A model generated the notes under the pieces. It had not been told where the DNA came from and made no database searches. It saw only the letters and a program-made list of their open reading frames with translations. From Felis catus (lineage: Eukaryota), in contig NC_058368.1 in NCBI RefSeq assembly GCF_018350175.1, forward strand, positions 34,536,001 to 34,600,000: DNA of 64,000 nucleotides. Reading direction: 5' to 3'. How positions within the stretch are numbered: position 1 is the stretch's first letter; every line of letters begins with the position of its first letter. Positions 13,244 through 25,328 of this stretch are shown piece after piece. The position numbers and the translations under genes are program-made.

Positions 13244-13498
13244 AGAGAGAGAATCTCAAGCAGGCTCTGCTCTGTCAGTGTGGAGTCTGATGCAGGGCTC
13301 AAACCCATCAACAGTGAAATCATGACCTGAGCCAAAATCAAGAGTTGGTTGCTTAACCAACTGAGCCACCCAGGGGTCCCTGGGTACTTTTTAAAGATAC
13401 AGATGTCCAGAACCTATCTTCATGTAAGTGGTCTGGGATGGGACAAAGGAAATAAGTATGTTCAAAGCTCTCTAGGTGTTCCTGACCCGTGATCACTA
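13106..13498. mobile_element. hAT-Charlie MITE (MER5A1-like) interrupted by a SINE
   Basis: TAGTGGTTCTCTAACCTGACTGCACATT left end; resumes after 13380 with GGTCTGGGATGGG and AAAGCTCTCTAGGTG. Confidence 0.65.
13147..13380 (-). mobile_element. Can-SINE
   Basis: (TTTA)n tail, (GA)n and CTGAGCCACCCAGG head. Confidence 0.92.
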
Positions 13499-13816
13499 AA
13501 TAAAAGTAAATCTGTAAGCTTTGCAGTTACTATTACTAATAGTTCTTGTTCTCTAGAATTCTCTCTTCTGCATTAAAGAACCCCCCTATAGCCTCTTATT
13601 AGGGAATAACTAATTAATTTGTTTTTCTTATGGATTTATCCCTCAAAAAAGGCTTCCAGCATACTTGCAAAAGTTGATTCATGAATATTAGAATGGAGAA
13701 AAACTGTGTTACATTAAACGTTCTGATTTAGTTAATATGGAATATGAAGAAGAGATTCTGAAATAAAGTGTTGGAATATACAATAAAACTGACCTAAGAT
13801 AAAAAGTATTCAAGAT

Positions 13817-14045
13817 GGGGTATCTGGGTGGCTCAGTCCTTTAAACATCTGACTTTGGCTCAGGTCATGATCTCACCATTCGTGAGTTTGAGCCCCGTGT
13901 TGGGCTCTGTGGTGACAGCTCAGAGCCTGGAGCTTGCTTCGGATTCTGTGTCTCCCTCTCTGCCCCTCCCCTGCTCACACGCTGTCTCTCTCTCTCTTTC
14001 TCAAAAAATGAGTAAACATTAAAAACAGCTTAAAAAAATAAAAAG
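13817..14045 (+). mobile_element. Can-SINE (SINEC_Fc-like) with TSD
   Basis: Perfect 16-bp TSD AAAAAGTATTCAAGAT at 13801-13816 and 14046-14061. Confidence 0.95.
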
Positions 14046-14968
14046 AAAAAGTATTCAAGATGAATTACCTGAGGTAAGTAAATGAAAGTGGCACTAATGA
14101 AGGAAGATATGAATGAAAAGAAAAAATAGGGTTCAGAAAGAGGAACTCCTTCCAAATACATTTGGGCCCATGTCTCAAATCCTGCTTTGTAAAATGTCTT
14201 TTAGCTTTGCATTAAGAGTATGTGGGCCCCTGTTTTTCCTTAGTGTAAAGGCTAGGTCCTTCTTTTCTTGTACACTGTCCTTAATAGGAATCTCATTCCA
14301 AAATTCAATCAGAATGAATGAACATATAAATAGCATCCACATGGTTTTTTTGTGCTATGTCTTTTATTTACATAATTTTAGCTAACTCTAATCCATTTTA
14401 AGCCAAAAGTGGCTTGTTGGTAATTTAGAGGAAATCATTTGAAAATTACCAAAAAACAAAAAAAGGCATGCTTGCACTTTAAAGATTTTAGGAGTCATAA
14501 GAATGATGGAGTGAGGAAGACTAGAACATCATGTACGTGTGTGAGGCTGTTATTCCTTGTAAGTAAAAAATGCCAAGTACATGGGCAAATTGACTGTAGT
14601 ATGGTTAAGCTCTGACCTGAATTGGGCCTGATAGCCTTGCCAAAGATTTAAATTGAACATACAGTGAGAAAAATAAGAAATTTCCTGGGTCAGGTAATGG
14701 CTGAGGGCATCGGAAGAGACTAAATGAGTGCAAGTTCAACAAATTCCTTCCTGAATAAAAGATGCCATATCTGGTAAATGCCTTCCCCGATAGGACAGAA
14801 GAAATAGTTTCAACTACCACATAAAGGCTAAGATAGAGATACTAACATAGGATGCAGAAGTTCTCAAGTTAACAAAGTATGGTTTTACTTTATTTCTAAG
14901 TATTTCTAAGTATTTTCAACGATATCTAGGGTTCAAAGCTTATCTCTTCTTAAAAAGTAAGTTTGGTA

Positions 14969-15225
14969 GAGGAGGCTGGGTGGCTCAATTGGTTAAGCAT
15001 CTGAGTACAGCTTAGGTCATGATCTATGGTTTGTGAGTTCAAGACCTACATCAGGCTCTGTGCTGACAGCTTCGAGCCTGTTTCAGAGCTCGCAGCCTGC
15101 TTTGGAGACTAGAGCCTGCTTTGGGTTCTGTGTCTCCCTGTCTCTCTCTCTCTCTCTCTCTGCCCGTTCCCCGCTCACACACTCTCTCTCTCCAAAATGA
15201 ATAAACTTCAAAGAAATTTTAAAAG
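14969..15225 (+). mobile_element. Can-SINE with internal reiteration
   Basis: CTGGGTGGCTCAATTGGTTAAG head, three AGCCTG units, TSD core AAGTTTGGTA at 14959-14968 and 15231-15240. Confidence 0.9.
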
Positions 15226-15424
15226 AAAGGAAGTTTGGTAAATTTGTCCTCATTAAGGAAAAAACTATATCTGATAAAATTCCCATGAACATAGTCCACA
15301 AGAAAATAATAAACCGGAGGAAAAATAAACTTAAAATGTACTGACAGTTGAAGAGTTGTTTTCATATATAAAGTACCCACAAAAATCAGTAAGTAATAGA
15401 CACCAATAAGAGATTCATAGAAAA

Positions 15425-15773
15425 GTCCTCGCTTTGGCAGCACACGTACTAAATTGAAACCACATAAAGATTAGACGGTCCCTGGGGCGCCTGGGTGGCG
15501 CAGTCGGTTAAGCATCCGACTTCAGCCAGGTCACGATCTCGCGGTCCGGGAGTTCGAGCCCCGCGTCGGGCTCTGGGCTGATGGCTTGGAGCCTGGAGCC
15601 TGTTTCCGATTCTGTGTCTCCCTCTCTCTCTGCCCCTCCCCCGTTCAGGCTCTGTCTCTCTCTGTCTCAAAAATAAATAAACATTGAAAAAAAAAATTTA
15701 AAAAAATTTAAAAAAAAGATTAGACGGTCCCTGCTTAAGGATGATACACAAAGTCCTGAAGCATTCCATATTT
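15425..15773 (+). pseudogene. RNU6: U6 snRNA retropseudogene split by a SINE (U6 parts 15425-15483 and 15733-15773)
   Basis: GTCCTCGCTTTGGCAGCACACGTACTAAATTG...AAGATTAGACGGTCCCT joined to GCTTAAGGATGATACACAAAGTCCTGAAGCATTCCATATTT follows U6 from its first base to its 3' end; then an A-tract and an imperfect TSD (AGATTCATAGAA / AGATTCCTAGAA). Confidence 0.93.
15484..15714 (+). mobile_element. Young felid SINE (SINEC_Fc)
   Basis: GGGGCGCCTGGGTGGCGCAGTCGGTTAAG head, B-box GAGTTCGAGCC, many CpGs retained; perfect 18-bp TSD AAAGATTAGACGGTCCCT at 15466-15483 and 15715-15732. Confidence 0.97.
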
Positions 15774-15989
15774 AAAAAAAAGATAGATTCCTAGAAGAAA
15801 GTGTGTAAATAGCAACATGGAAACAGCAAGAGTTCAATAAATGATAAACAAAGAAATGTCAAATAAAATGACATTTAATATATTTTTAAATAAAATTGAA
15901 AGATTCTTGATTCTTCGAGTTGTATGGTAGAAAAAAATGCATAGATGTAATAATAAAACATTTACATATAGTTTTAAATGGTAGTTTGT

Positions 15990-16290
15990 GCCATACAGAG
16001 AAAGACAGATACCATATGTTTTCACTCTTATGTGGATCCTGAGAAACTTAACAGGAACCCATGGGGGAGGGTAAGGAAAAAAAAAAAAAAAAAAAGAGGT
16101 TAGAGTGGGAGAGAGCCAAAGCATAAGAGACTCTTAAAAACTGAGAACAAACTGAGGGTTGATGGGGGGTGGGAGGGAGGGGAGGGTGGGTGATGGGTAT
16201 TGAGGAGGGCACCTTTTGGGATGAGCACTGGGTGTTGTATGGAAACCAATTTGACAATAAATTTCGTATATTAAAAAAATAAAATAAAAT
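15990..16290 (+). mobile_element. Young 5'-truncated L1 (cat-type 3' end)
   Basis: End of ORF2 (HTEKDRYHMFSLLCGS-stop), G-rich 3'UTR, AATAAA, A-rich tail; TSD AAATGGTAGTTTGT at 15976-15989 and 16291-16304. Confidence 0.95.
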
Positions 16291-16304
16291 AAATGGTAGT
16301 TTGT

Positions 16305-16539
16305 ATTTTTCAATTTAATTAATTTATTTTATTATTAATTAATTATTATTATTATTTTGAGAGAGAGAGAGAGCGAGCTTGTGCACAAGCAGGGGAGGGA
16401 AAGATGGAGACAGAATCCCAAGCAGGGTTCATGCTAAGTTCAGAGCCCAAAGCAGAGTTTCATCTCACGACTGAGAGATCATGACCTGAGTCAAAATTAA
16501 GAGTCAGACGTTTAACTGACAGAGTCACTTAGGTGCTCC
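16305..16539 (-). mobile_element. Can-SINE (older)
   Basis: T-rich tail, (GA)n, GAGATCATGACCTGAG and degenerate head GAGTCACTTAGGTGCTCC. Confidence 0.88.
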
Positions 16540-16917
16540 AAATTATGACATTTTTAATTCGACTAAAATTTTTTACTTTTATCTACTCTTAGTTTTCACA
16601 ATTAAGTCTGTCTTAGAACAATTCATATCAAAGACTCCTCTCACTATCAGTTATTCATCTGTATTTTCTTACAGTATTTTTGTGCACATATGTTTCACAT
16701 CAGGATTAAGATGTCTTAATTCTCCTGCCCCTCTCAAATAAACAAACTCTTTCACATGTGAATTCAGGAATGAATAATCATCTCATGTAGAGGTATTTGT
16801 CAAAATACCTGGCAAAAACAGTGAGCTCCGACCAAGAATAAAGAAATCAGTTGATAGGTGTCAATGGATTCTGACAACAGCATGTAGCTAAGATACAGTT
16901 CACCCCTGAACCTCTAC

Positions 16918-17041
16918 TATACATATATAGTATATGCATGTGTGTGTGTGTGTGTATACATATATATATATATACACACATATATACATATACATATATA
17001 TATCTCTATACATATATACATATATATATTATATATATATA

Positions 17042-17092
<51 letters not shown>

Positions 17093-17108
17093 ATCTCTAT
17101 CTCTATCT
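16918..17108. repeat. Compound (TA)n/(TG)n/(CA)n microsatellite
   Basis: Directly visible; explains the low-complexity ORFs at 16934-17144. Confidence 0.95.
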
Positions 17109-17468
17109 CCTATGTGTAAGTGGGGCTTGACATGCCATAGTTGATGATGTGAGTGACAGATGTGAGAACATAATCAGTCCTCATTCAAAATCATGAGCAT
17201 AAGCTTGAAATACACACTTTAGAAGGCTCAGTTAATTTGCTAATGACTAACTCCACTTAATTGTTTGAACATAGTGAAGAAGAAAATTTGTGGTACGTAG
17301 ACCAGAGGGGAAGTCTAAGATAAAGTATTTTTAATCACACACCATGAAAAGCTGTTAAATTCATGAAAAAAGTTTAATCCTGATGTGTCCAACTTTAAGA
17401 AATATGGAAGCTACCTGATTCTAATAGCTTCACTAGAATTAGTTTGGGTTAATATTAAGAAGTGGGTA

Positions 17469-17681
17469 GGAAAACCAGGTGGCTCAGTCAGTTAAGCGTC
17501 CAACTTCAGCTCAAGTCAAGATCTCCCAGTGCATGAGTTCAGGCCTCCTGTTAGGCTCTGTGCTGACAGCTCAGAGCCTAGAGCCTGCTTCTGACTCTGT
17601 GTCTCCCTCTTTCTCTAACCCTCCCCTGCTTGTGCTCTCTCTCTCTCTCAAAACAAATAAATAAACTTAATAATTTTAAAA
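17469..17681 (+). mobile_element. Can-SINE (SINEC_Fc-like)
   Basis: GGTGGCTCAGTCAGTTAAGCGTCC, CT-rich region and A tail; imperfect TSD AAGAAGTGGGTAG / AAGGAGTAGGTAG. Confidence 0.9.
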
Positions 17682-17994
17682 AGGAGTAGGTAGAATTTTT
17701 TTCTTTGGCTATCTTCTCTCCACAACCTTGTCTTTTTTCTTATTTCTCACAAGCACTCATATCCCGTAGGACAACAATATGATAAATTCATCCATACACT
17801 CTGAGATATTAAGTTCACCCTGTGGTGTTTACTTTCCAGAAAGGATCATATTAGAAAAAAATATATGGATTAATTTTAATATATATGAATGATTTTCCAA
17901 CTGTGGTATTTAGATACCTTAGGCTAGATAAAAATAATAAATAAATAGATAGATACATGCATACATACACACATACTATTCAAAAAAAGAATAT

Positions 17995-18260
17995 ATTATC
18001 TCTCTTGATGCTGGTCTAGCTCCAACCTTGGTAAGCCTCTTGTTTTCCAACTTAGTAAATGGCCATCATCACCCTTCCTATTGTGTAGCTAAGTATCTCA
18101 AAGTTGCCCTTGCCCTCTCTTATGTTGAATCAAACTCAAGGCTGTACTGATTTTTATCTCCCAAATATGTCTCACATAATTTCACGTCCACCCATCTCCA
18201 GGCACTCCACCTTTGTCCAGGCTATGTATTTTCCCCTGGATTCACTGAATAAACAAGTTC
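17995..18260 (+). mobile_element. L2 fragment
   Basis: CTTAGTAAATGGCCATCATCACCC and TTTTATCTCCCAAATATGTCTC resemble the L2 3' region. Confidence 0.5.
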
Positions 18261-18821
18261 AGATTATTTGCAAGAGCAAATGGGCATTTTCAGTACTACT
18301 GAAGATAATGTTTTGGAAAAAAGCATATTGAAGTAACAAGCACTTCAAGACTAGTAATACAAGGATTTGCCCAGTCTCCTTGGAGGTGTGAAACCTTCAG
18401 CACAAGGGTCCTTTTTAAGATATCAAAGGGGAGAAATATTTCAGGCAATAATTTGATAAATCTAATAAAATTGTGCTTTTTATTTTGTGTCCACCTAATT
18501 AAAGCATCGACTAATCTTAGCAGAGAAGGTTTTTTAATCTAATTAAGTTTGTCAAAAGCCTTCTAAGAGAATTTATGATCCACAAAATATTAGTCTAGTA
18601 GCATGCAATCTGGCAGCACTTCTAATTGTTTTGCAAAGATCTTTTCACCCAAGTGATTAAAATGATGCACTGCCCCCATCCCTATATCCAGGTGTAATAA
18701 TCTCTGAAAATTTCATGGATTAATCATGTTTTCAGTTAGATCAAAACTCCCAAGAATTAGAATTTTAATTGCCTCAGAGTAATTCTACTGAGCACAACAT
18801 TATATAGGAATATACTTTTGG

Positions 18822-18823
<2 letters not shown>

Positions 18824-18863
<40 letters not shown>
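18824..18863. repeat. (GT)n microsatellite
   Basis: Directly visible. Confidence 0.95.
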
Positions 18864-18865
<2 letters not shown>

Positions 18866-19220
18866 TACTTTCTCTTTTGATTCCCATTGTAACTCTTTAG
18901 AACAAGTTGGTAGGTTGGTAGGAATTATTATAGCTCCCAATTTATATATTGAAGGAGTTAAGTCTTTGAGAAGTGTTTTGATTTCCCTTGGATCTTAGAA
19001 CATGTGAGCAACATAGCACTCAGGAAAATAAAGGACTAAGTGAGCGCACACATGTGCTAATAAAACTCAGTAAAGGCAATTCTTGGAGCTCAATGATTAT
19101 GTAAGGCTTTAAATATAGTCTCCTAAATCTAAACCAAAATAAATCTAAGTACTAAGAGTACAAGTCAGAGCAACTTCTACTTTGCTCTTCCAAAGGTATT
19201 TTGAAATGGTTTTGAACATA

Positions 19221-19690
19221 CAGTAGCCCTTTCTCATCTGCAGGGATAAGTTCTAGGACCTCCCCCCAACCCCAGTGGATGCCTGAAACTGTAGATAAAA
19301 ATGAACCTTATATAAATAATTTTTCTTATATATACATACCTAGGATAAAGTTTAATTTATAAATTAGGCACAGTAAGATATTAACAATAACTAATAACAA
19401 AAATAGAAGAATTACAACATACTGTAATAAAAGTTACGTGAATGTGTCTTTTTTCTCTCAAAATATCTTACTGTACTGTACTCACGCTTAATCTTACAAT
19501 GGTATGAGATGATAAAATGCCTCAGTGATGATGTGAAGTGAGGTGAATGACACGGCACTGTGACATAGCATTAGGCTACTATTGACCTCCTGACAATACA
19601 CCTTCAGGAGGATCTTCTGCTTCCAGACCACAGTTGACTGTGGGTAACTGAACCCACAGAAAGTGAAATTGCAAATAAGGGTAACTACTG
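19221..19690 (-). mobile_element. TcMar-Tigger MITE (MER44B-like), full length
   Basis: Inverted termini CAGTAG...CTACTG flanked by TA at 19219-19220 and 19691-19692; internal CCCCAGTGGATGCCTGAAAC and TTATAAATTAGGCACAGTAAG. Confidence 0.88.
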
Positions 19691-19706
19691 TATAGTTAAA
19701 TTTGAT

Positions 19707-19708
<2 letters not shown>

Positions 19709-19760
<52 letters not shown>
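19709..19760. repeat. (GA)n microsatellite
   Basis: Directly visible pure GA run. Confidence 0.95.
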
Positions 19761-19763
<3 letters not shown>

Positions 19764-19910
19764 TGTGTGAATATTAGAAGTCACAAACTCTATGGAGCAA
19801 ACTTTACTTTCTAATCTAAAAATCTTAAATATCTCCACTCCTTTCTTACAATTTAATTACATCTATACTTAGTATGCCTTGGAGCAACTAATATCTTAGT
19901 TTCTCTTTAG

Positions 19911-19942
19911 TTTAAACATTTTTAAAATGTTTATTTAATTTT

Positions 19943-20001
<59 letters not shown>

Positions 20002-20160
20002 TGGGGGAGGGGCAGAGAGAGGGAGACACAAAATCTGATGCAGGCTCCAGGCTCTGAGTTGTCACCACAGAGCCCAACATGGGGCTGGAACTCACGAATT
20101 GTGAGATCATGACCTGACCCGAAGTCAGACGCTTCACCAACTGAGCCACCCAGGTGCCCC
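19911..20160 (-). mobile_element. Can-SINE (SINEC_Fc-like)
   Basis: CTGAGCCACCCAGGTGCCCC head, long (GA)n and T-rich tail. Confidence 0.93.
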
Positions 20161-21374
20161 AGTTTCTTATATAAGCAGAAAACATAAAATGAGGCAGGAC
20201 GGGAGTAGAGAAGCATATCTTGTAAGAGGGCGATATTGGGGGAGTTGACTACTACTAAAACCAATTATTTTTTAAGTCAATTTGATTTGCTAAAATCTGT
20301 AAATGTTGTAATTGTTTCCTTCAGCACAAGAAAGACAAACATGGAGTGAAATGAGTTCACTTTTATAATAGCATTTTAAAAATTAGTTTAAGTTCAATGA
20401 AATCAAAAGAGAAATCAATTCTAACTGAGGAAGTAGTTAGAGGTGGGAGTGGCATTTGCACTCCACTGAAGGTTGTGTATAGAAATTTTCCAAGGGGAAA
20501 AAAATGACAAATGCATTCTCAATTAGGAGACTGTGAGTCAATAATTATCTGAGGACCTCTAAACATGTTGTTATGGCTTAACTTTAATACGTGTGGGGGA
20601 GTTTGGTAGAACATAAGACTGGAAAGTTAGTTTGGAGACAGGTGACAAAAGCCTTAAACATGATGCTAAGGAATTAAGATTTGTTTTTTCCTCAAGGTTA
20701 AGGATTGAGAAAGGGGTGTGATTTGCATGTCAACTCTGATTGATAGTGACTCCCCAGACCCTGCTATTGAGAGGCATTTTGGGCACCAGTGTGAGCTTAG
20801 TGATCTGTTTAAATCAGCAATGTCTTCCATGAGTAAAGGAAAGGTTGGGAAGGAATGCATGTCATATCTGATCAGTTGGTTTATTCCACAGTCTGAATTA
20901 GGTAGGGGTCAAGCATGACATGATTTTGTTTGCCTCCCATCACTGCCTAAAACCATGCTATACCAGATGTCCCTTCCTTACTCTTACTAATATCTGGATA
21001 AATCTTACATTTGCCCATTAACTTTCCAATATAAGAACTGAGAGTCTGTGTTCTCACGCAGAGTTTTAAAAGTAAAATTCAGCCTAATTTGCGTTAATTT
21101 TCTATACATTTCAACATATTTTTTCACCTTTCTCCTACCTGATGGCTAGTCCATTGGTCTGAGTCTTGCCAAGATTATTTAAACCAGCTAACTTTCTTGG
21201 ACCACAGTTTCTGGTCTACAGGAAACTGACTTACCTTTGCCACAATAAATACAGCCTGTCCCATTGTCTCCTCTCTCTCATGGCTCTGCTTTCTCTGAGC
21301 AATTTGTTTCCCATTGCTTAAATAAGATGAAGGTAAACCAATCTTTTGCTGCCTCTTTTTGCAGTTGTAATTAC

Positions 21375-21820
21375 TTTATTAGCAGCCCTCAAACAGGGAT
21401 TTTGAGAACAAATAGACTGTTAAGAAGGGAAAGTATGGCAATGGGATGTGACACAGTGAAGAGAAAACAGCTAAGAAATGGGGCTTTACAAGCCAGCTGC
21501 CACTCTGGGCAATGAGCCTTCTTCCCACTGGGTCAACTCTGAGAGTCCGTGTATAACCCATACCTCAGATCTATTAGACCCAAGAGGCATAGAGTCTGGT
21601 ATATTCATACACCAACTCCTATCCATCACTGTTGAGTGCTATTCATGGTAAGGGTGTATTAATTACCAGGCACTTTTGCCTGCTGTATAAGTGACAAAGC
21701 AATGTCCAGGGGCCAGGAAAAGCTCTCAGGCAAAGTGATGAAGGTTCTGACAACTGGAAATCCAGTGAGTATTCCCTTGAAGTGGAAATATGGGCAAGAT
21801 CCCAACAACATCTGCTACCC
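21375..21820 (-). mobile_element. ERVL LTR (LTR16-like)
   Basis: CACCAACTCCTATCCATCACTGTTGAG, GGAAAAGCTCTCAGGCAAAG and terminal ACATCTGCTAC match recalled antisense LTR16 structure. Confidence 0.65.
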
Positions 21821-23574
21821 TGCCTGAAAAAGACATCTCAAAGTCTAGGAAGGGCTCCCTTGGAGGCTTTCTTCTGTGACTTGGGGAGTGTTGCTCATGA
21901 AGAAAGAGGCAAAGGCCAGAGAGACCTTTTCTGAATCTTGTGACTCCTAAAATGTCTCCAGCTTCAACAATTTTTTTCCTGTGAATTTCTACTCTTCTGC
22001 TTCTATCAACTGGTAATGGACATGGGGCACTTTGGACCACATCTTATAAAGCCATAACACTCATTGAAGGTTTGAGTTGTATAATATCAGCGTACCTAGC
22101 ATCTATAAAAATATGTATTCATGCCACAGCTTTTTGTAATCATCAACCACATTTATATAATTTCTGTTGTCACCGTTTTAACAAAATATGCTTTCCATTT
22201 ATATTCATAGTCAAGTACTATGGCTTTGTAAAAAGCAATTTCATTCTAATTTCTAATAATTTCTTTTCAGGCTTTCAAAATGATAGACAAAATCTTGAGG
22301 AGATGAAATATAGATCTAATGAGTGGCAAATCTTTAAAAAATTAATTTTAAAAATTCTGATATTGCTATTTATTTCACCAAAATAAAACTTTATTTCACC
22401 AGGAAAAAAATACAAGTGCTATAATAAATTCTAACTTGTGTTTTTTTTTTTTTCTGATTTGCAATAATTGTAATGCTTATGGTTATCTTAAGTACGGAAT
22501 TTAAAAATTGCTCACCCAGAATTATTTTCAACTTAAAAATGAAATGCTCTTCCGAAAAGCTTTAACAACTTTGGTGTTACACTTACCTAGAGAAATTTTA
22601 GTTAAATGTTTGATTTAAATTCCATCAGCTGGATATTTTTATATATAACTCACACTTTTGTCCAACTCCTCTTCATTCACTCCCTAATGTTATGTCTTAT
22701 GTGATTATCTCCCACACTAAATTACAAGTTTCTTTAAGGACAGGGATTGTCTTTCTTAATGTTAGATTATCAACCTCCCTACCACCCTCCAAATCCCAGG
22801 TCTTATAAGTGCTTTGCCTAAAAGCTCTCTATATATTACTTTTAGCACAAAAATAAAATCTGAAAGTTTGAAATACCATTTGCAGAGGATTTTGTTTTAT
22901 CATCTTCATTCCTTTTTGCCCTTGAAACATTTGTGGAACATACAATATAACAAGTGGCTAATCATTATTAAATTGATAGATATTCATTAAAATCATCTTA
23001 ATGTAGTGCTTAATGTAATGCTATCCTATATGCATGCACTGGTAAGTTAACTTCATTTTGTGCTCTTAAAATGATTAACAGAGAAATACTCTGGTATATA
23101 CAAGTTTCAGCCCCTTTCCTATCAATAATACCCTTAATTGTGAAGCTCCTAAAGGGAGATAATGGTGGCCAAAAAATATGCACATTCTGGCACCTGTATG
23201 TGGCAGCTTAGCCCCATTGGGTCTATATAATCTTGAGGGATTCCTCAAAGAAAAGCAAACCTTTCCTTTAATTTAATATATTTAATTGTGTAAATTTTGC
23301 TTGCTAATATGGGTTAATTGTACTGAATTTATTTAATGCTATGGAGTATTTGAAATGATCTCCTACTTTAGAACATTACTATTATTATTATTATTATTAT
23401 TATTTATTATTTTGCGATCTAATCATTTTGTTTGTAAGCATTAATTTATAACTGCACAAAAGAATTTTGTATGTCAAATGACCACTATTCACAATCTAAA
23501 AAACATAGGATAATTGGCTAAAAGCAGACACCAGTCTGCTTAAATTGAAAAAATATACAGTTATTAATATTAAT

Positions 23575-23815
23575 GGGAGTTCACATTATTCAATGCTTAT
23601 TTTGTGCTGGGAATTTTTTAAGTGCATGACACGCAGTCTCTCACTAAATCCTCCTAACAAACTTATACTGGAGATTCTATAATTCTTTTCATTTTACAGG
23701 TGAAATAAGTCTCTGCAGTTCAGTAACTAATGATTGTCACTCAGCTAGAGAGCAGGAGAGACAAGATGTCAGCATGGGGGTTCTGATGGAAGGGCCTATG
23801 TTCTAACACAGTCCT
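23575..23815 (-). mobile_element. MIR SINE
   Basis: AATCCTCCTAACAAAC ... CATTTTACAGGTGAAATAA core. Confidence 0.7.
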
Positions 23816-23915
23816 CTAAGTAGTTATAGAGAAAAACAGACACGTTTTTGGAAAGCTCTATTATTAGATTTGTGTTATCACTGAAAGAAATTAATCTTAC
23901 TTTTGTTCATTTTTT

Positions 23916-24148
23916 AAATTTTTTAACGTTTTTATTTATTTTTTAATTATCTTTTTTTTAAATGTTTGTTTATTTTTGAGACAGAGGGAGACAGAGCACG
24001 AGCAGGGGAGGGGCAGAGAGAGGGGGACACACAGAATCTGAAGCAGGCTCCAGGCTCTGACCTGTCAGCACAGAGACCGACGAGGACCCCAGCTCACCAG
24101 CTGTGTCCAAAGTCAGACGCTTAACCTACTGAGCCACCCAGGTGCCCC
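23916..24148 (-). mobile_element. Can-SINE with small internal deletion
   Basis: Head GAGCCACCCAGGTGCCCC; lacks the GAGATCATGACCTGAG block; near-perfect TSD AC(T/A)TTTGTTCATTTTT at 23899 and 24149. Confidence 0.92.
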
Positions 24149-24699
24149 ACATTTGTTCATTTTTAACAAATGTTAAGTTCGTCCTGCAACAAGTATATTA
24201 TAACTACATGATTAAAAATAACATCGCCCACAACATTTATTCATTAACTCATTGTTGACCTGGGGTGGCTCTAAGTGTCAGAGACAGTGGCCTTCTATCT
24301 ACAGGCTGCATTTAGCTCTTGGATTAATTCCACTAACCCACGGACTTCAAGCTCTATGGGGCAATGGCACCCAGCCTTGAGAATAATTCTTTCACTGGCA
24401 GGGTGCTGTGGCTACCTGCTAAAGAGTCAGTCAGCTGAACATCTGCCATTGCAGAGTTATGGACCCTCGTCCGGTGCCTCCAAATTTCAAAGGGCTCTAA
24501 AGTCAGGGGGTTGGTGTATTAAAAATCTACATGTGTCTTCCTCTAGCATAACTGTCGTGACACCCACTGAATCTCTTTTTTCTCTTTCTTTCCTCCACGA
24601 TTCTTGCTTTTCCATCCTCACCATCTAAAACTCTTAACGTTTTATTTCTCCTCTCTCTAGCATCTAGATATTTTTCTATTTTTTTCATTCACTTTCCCC

Positions 24700-25012
24700 C
24701 AATTTTTATTGATAAATAATTGACATGCATGGCTGTGTAAGTTTAAGGTGTATAGTAAGATGTTTGATTTACATATATTGTGAGATGATTACAACAAATA
24801 GGTTCAGTTAACATCTATCATCTCATAGATACAATAAACAAGAAAAAGAGAAAAATTCTCCTTGTGATGAGAACTCTTAGAATATATTCTCTTAACAACT
24901 TTCCTTGATATTGTGCAGCCGTGTGAACTATAGTCATCATATTGTATATTATATCCCTAGTACTTATTTGTCTTATAACTGGAAGCTTATGCCTTTTGGT
25001 CACCTTCCTCTT
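24700..25012 (-). mobile_element. L1 3' end (L1MA9-like)
   Basis: GTAAGTTTAAGGTGTATAG, GTGATGAGAACTCTTAG and CTTATAACTGGAAG are typical antisense L1MA-type 3' UTR motifs. Confidence 0.85.
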
Positions 25013-25328
25013 CAACAACACTTAGTACTTTAAGAAGCAGAAGACTGAAAGAAACATAGTTGATTCCATCTCCAGGAAGAACTAAGTATAAATTTTAACA
25101 TATTTCTTCTCCTTAATTGCTAAAGATCCAAGAAAATTAGTATTTTAAGTAGAAAAAGAATCTTACACTCGCCCTCTACATTGTGAAATTTTTCATATTA
25201 TTTCCAAAAATCCCTGACCCCAAATATTTTACACTTATTCATGGTTGGCCATGCAAAAACTATGGTCAAAATTTAAAAAGGTTTCTAAAAGAATGCACAC
25301 AAGAAATGCTAAAATTGGTATGACACTG

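Noticed and set aside
15425..15773. Functional U6 gene
   Set aside because: Interrupted by a SINE, ACAGAGA box and AGC triad mutated, A-tailed, and no recognisable upstream PSE/TATA arrangement.
15425..16290. U6/L1 chimeric retrogene
   Set aside because: The U6 copy ends in its own A tract and TSD; the L1 starts about 215 bp later with a separate TSD, so these are independent insertions.
16895..16912. Tigger-like terminus TACAGTTCACCCCTGAAC
   Set aside because: Too short and no partner terminus seen.
16934..17144. YI/CV-rich ORFs
   Set aside because: Translations of a dinucleotide microsatellite.
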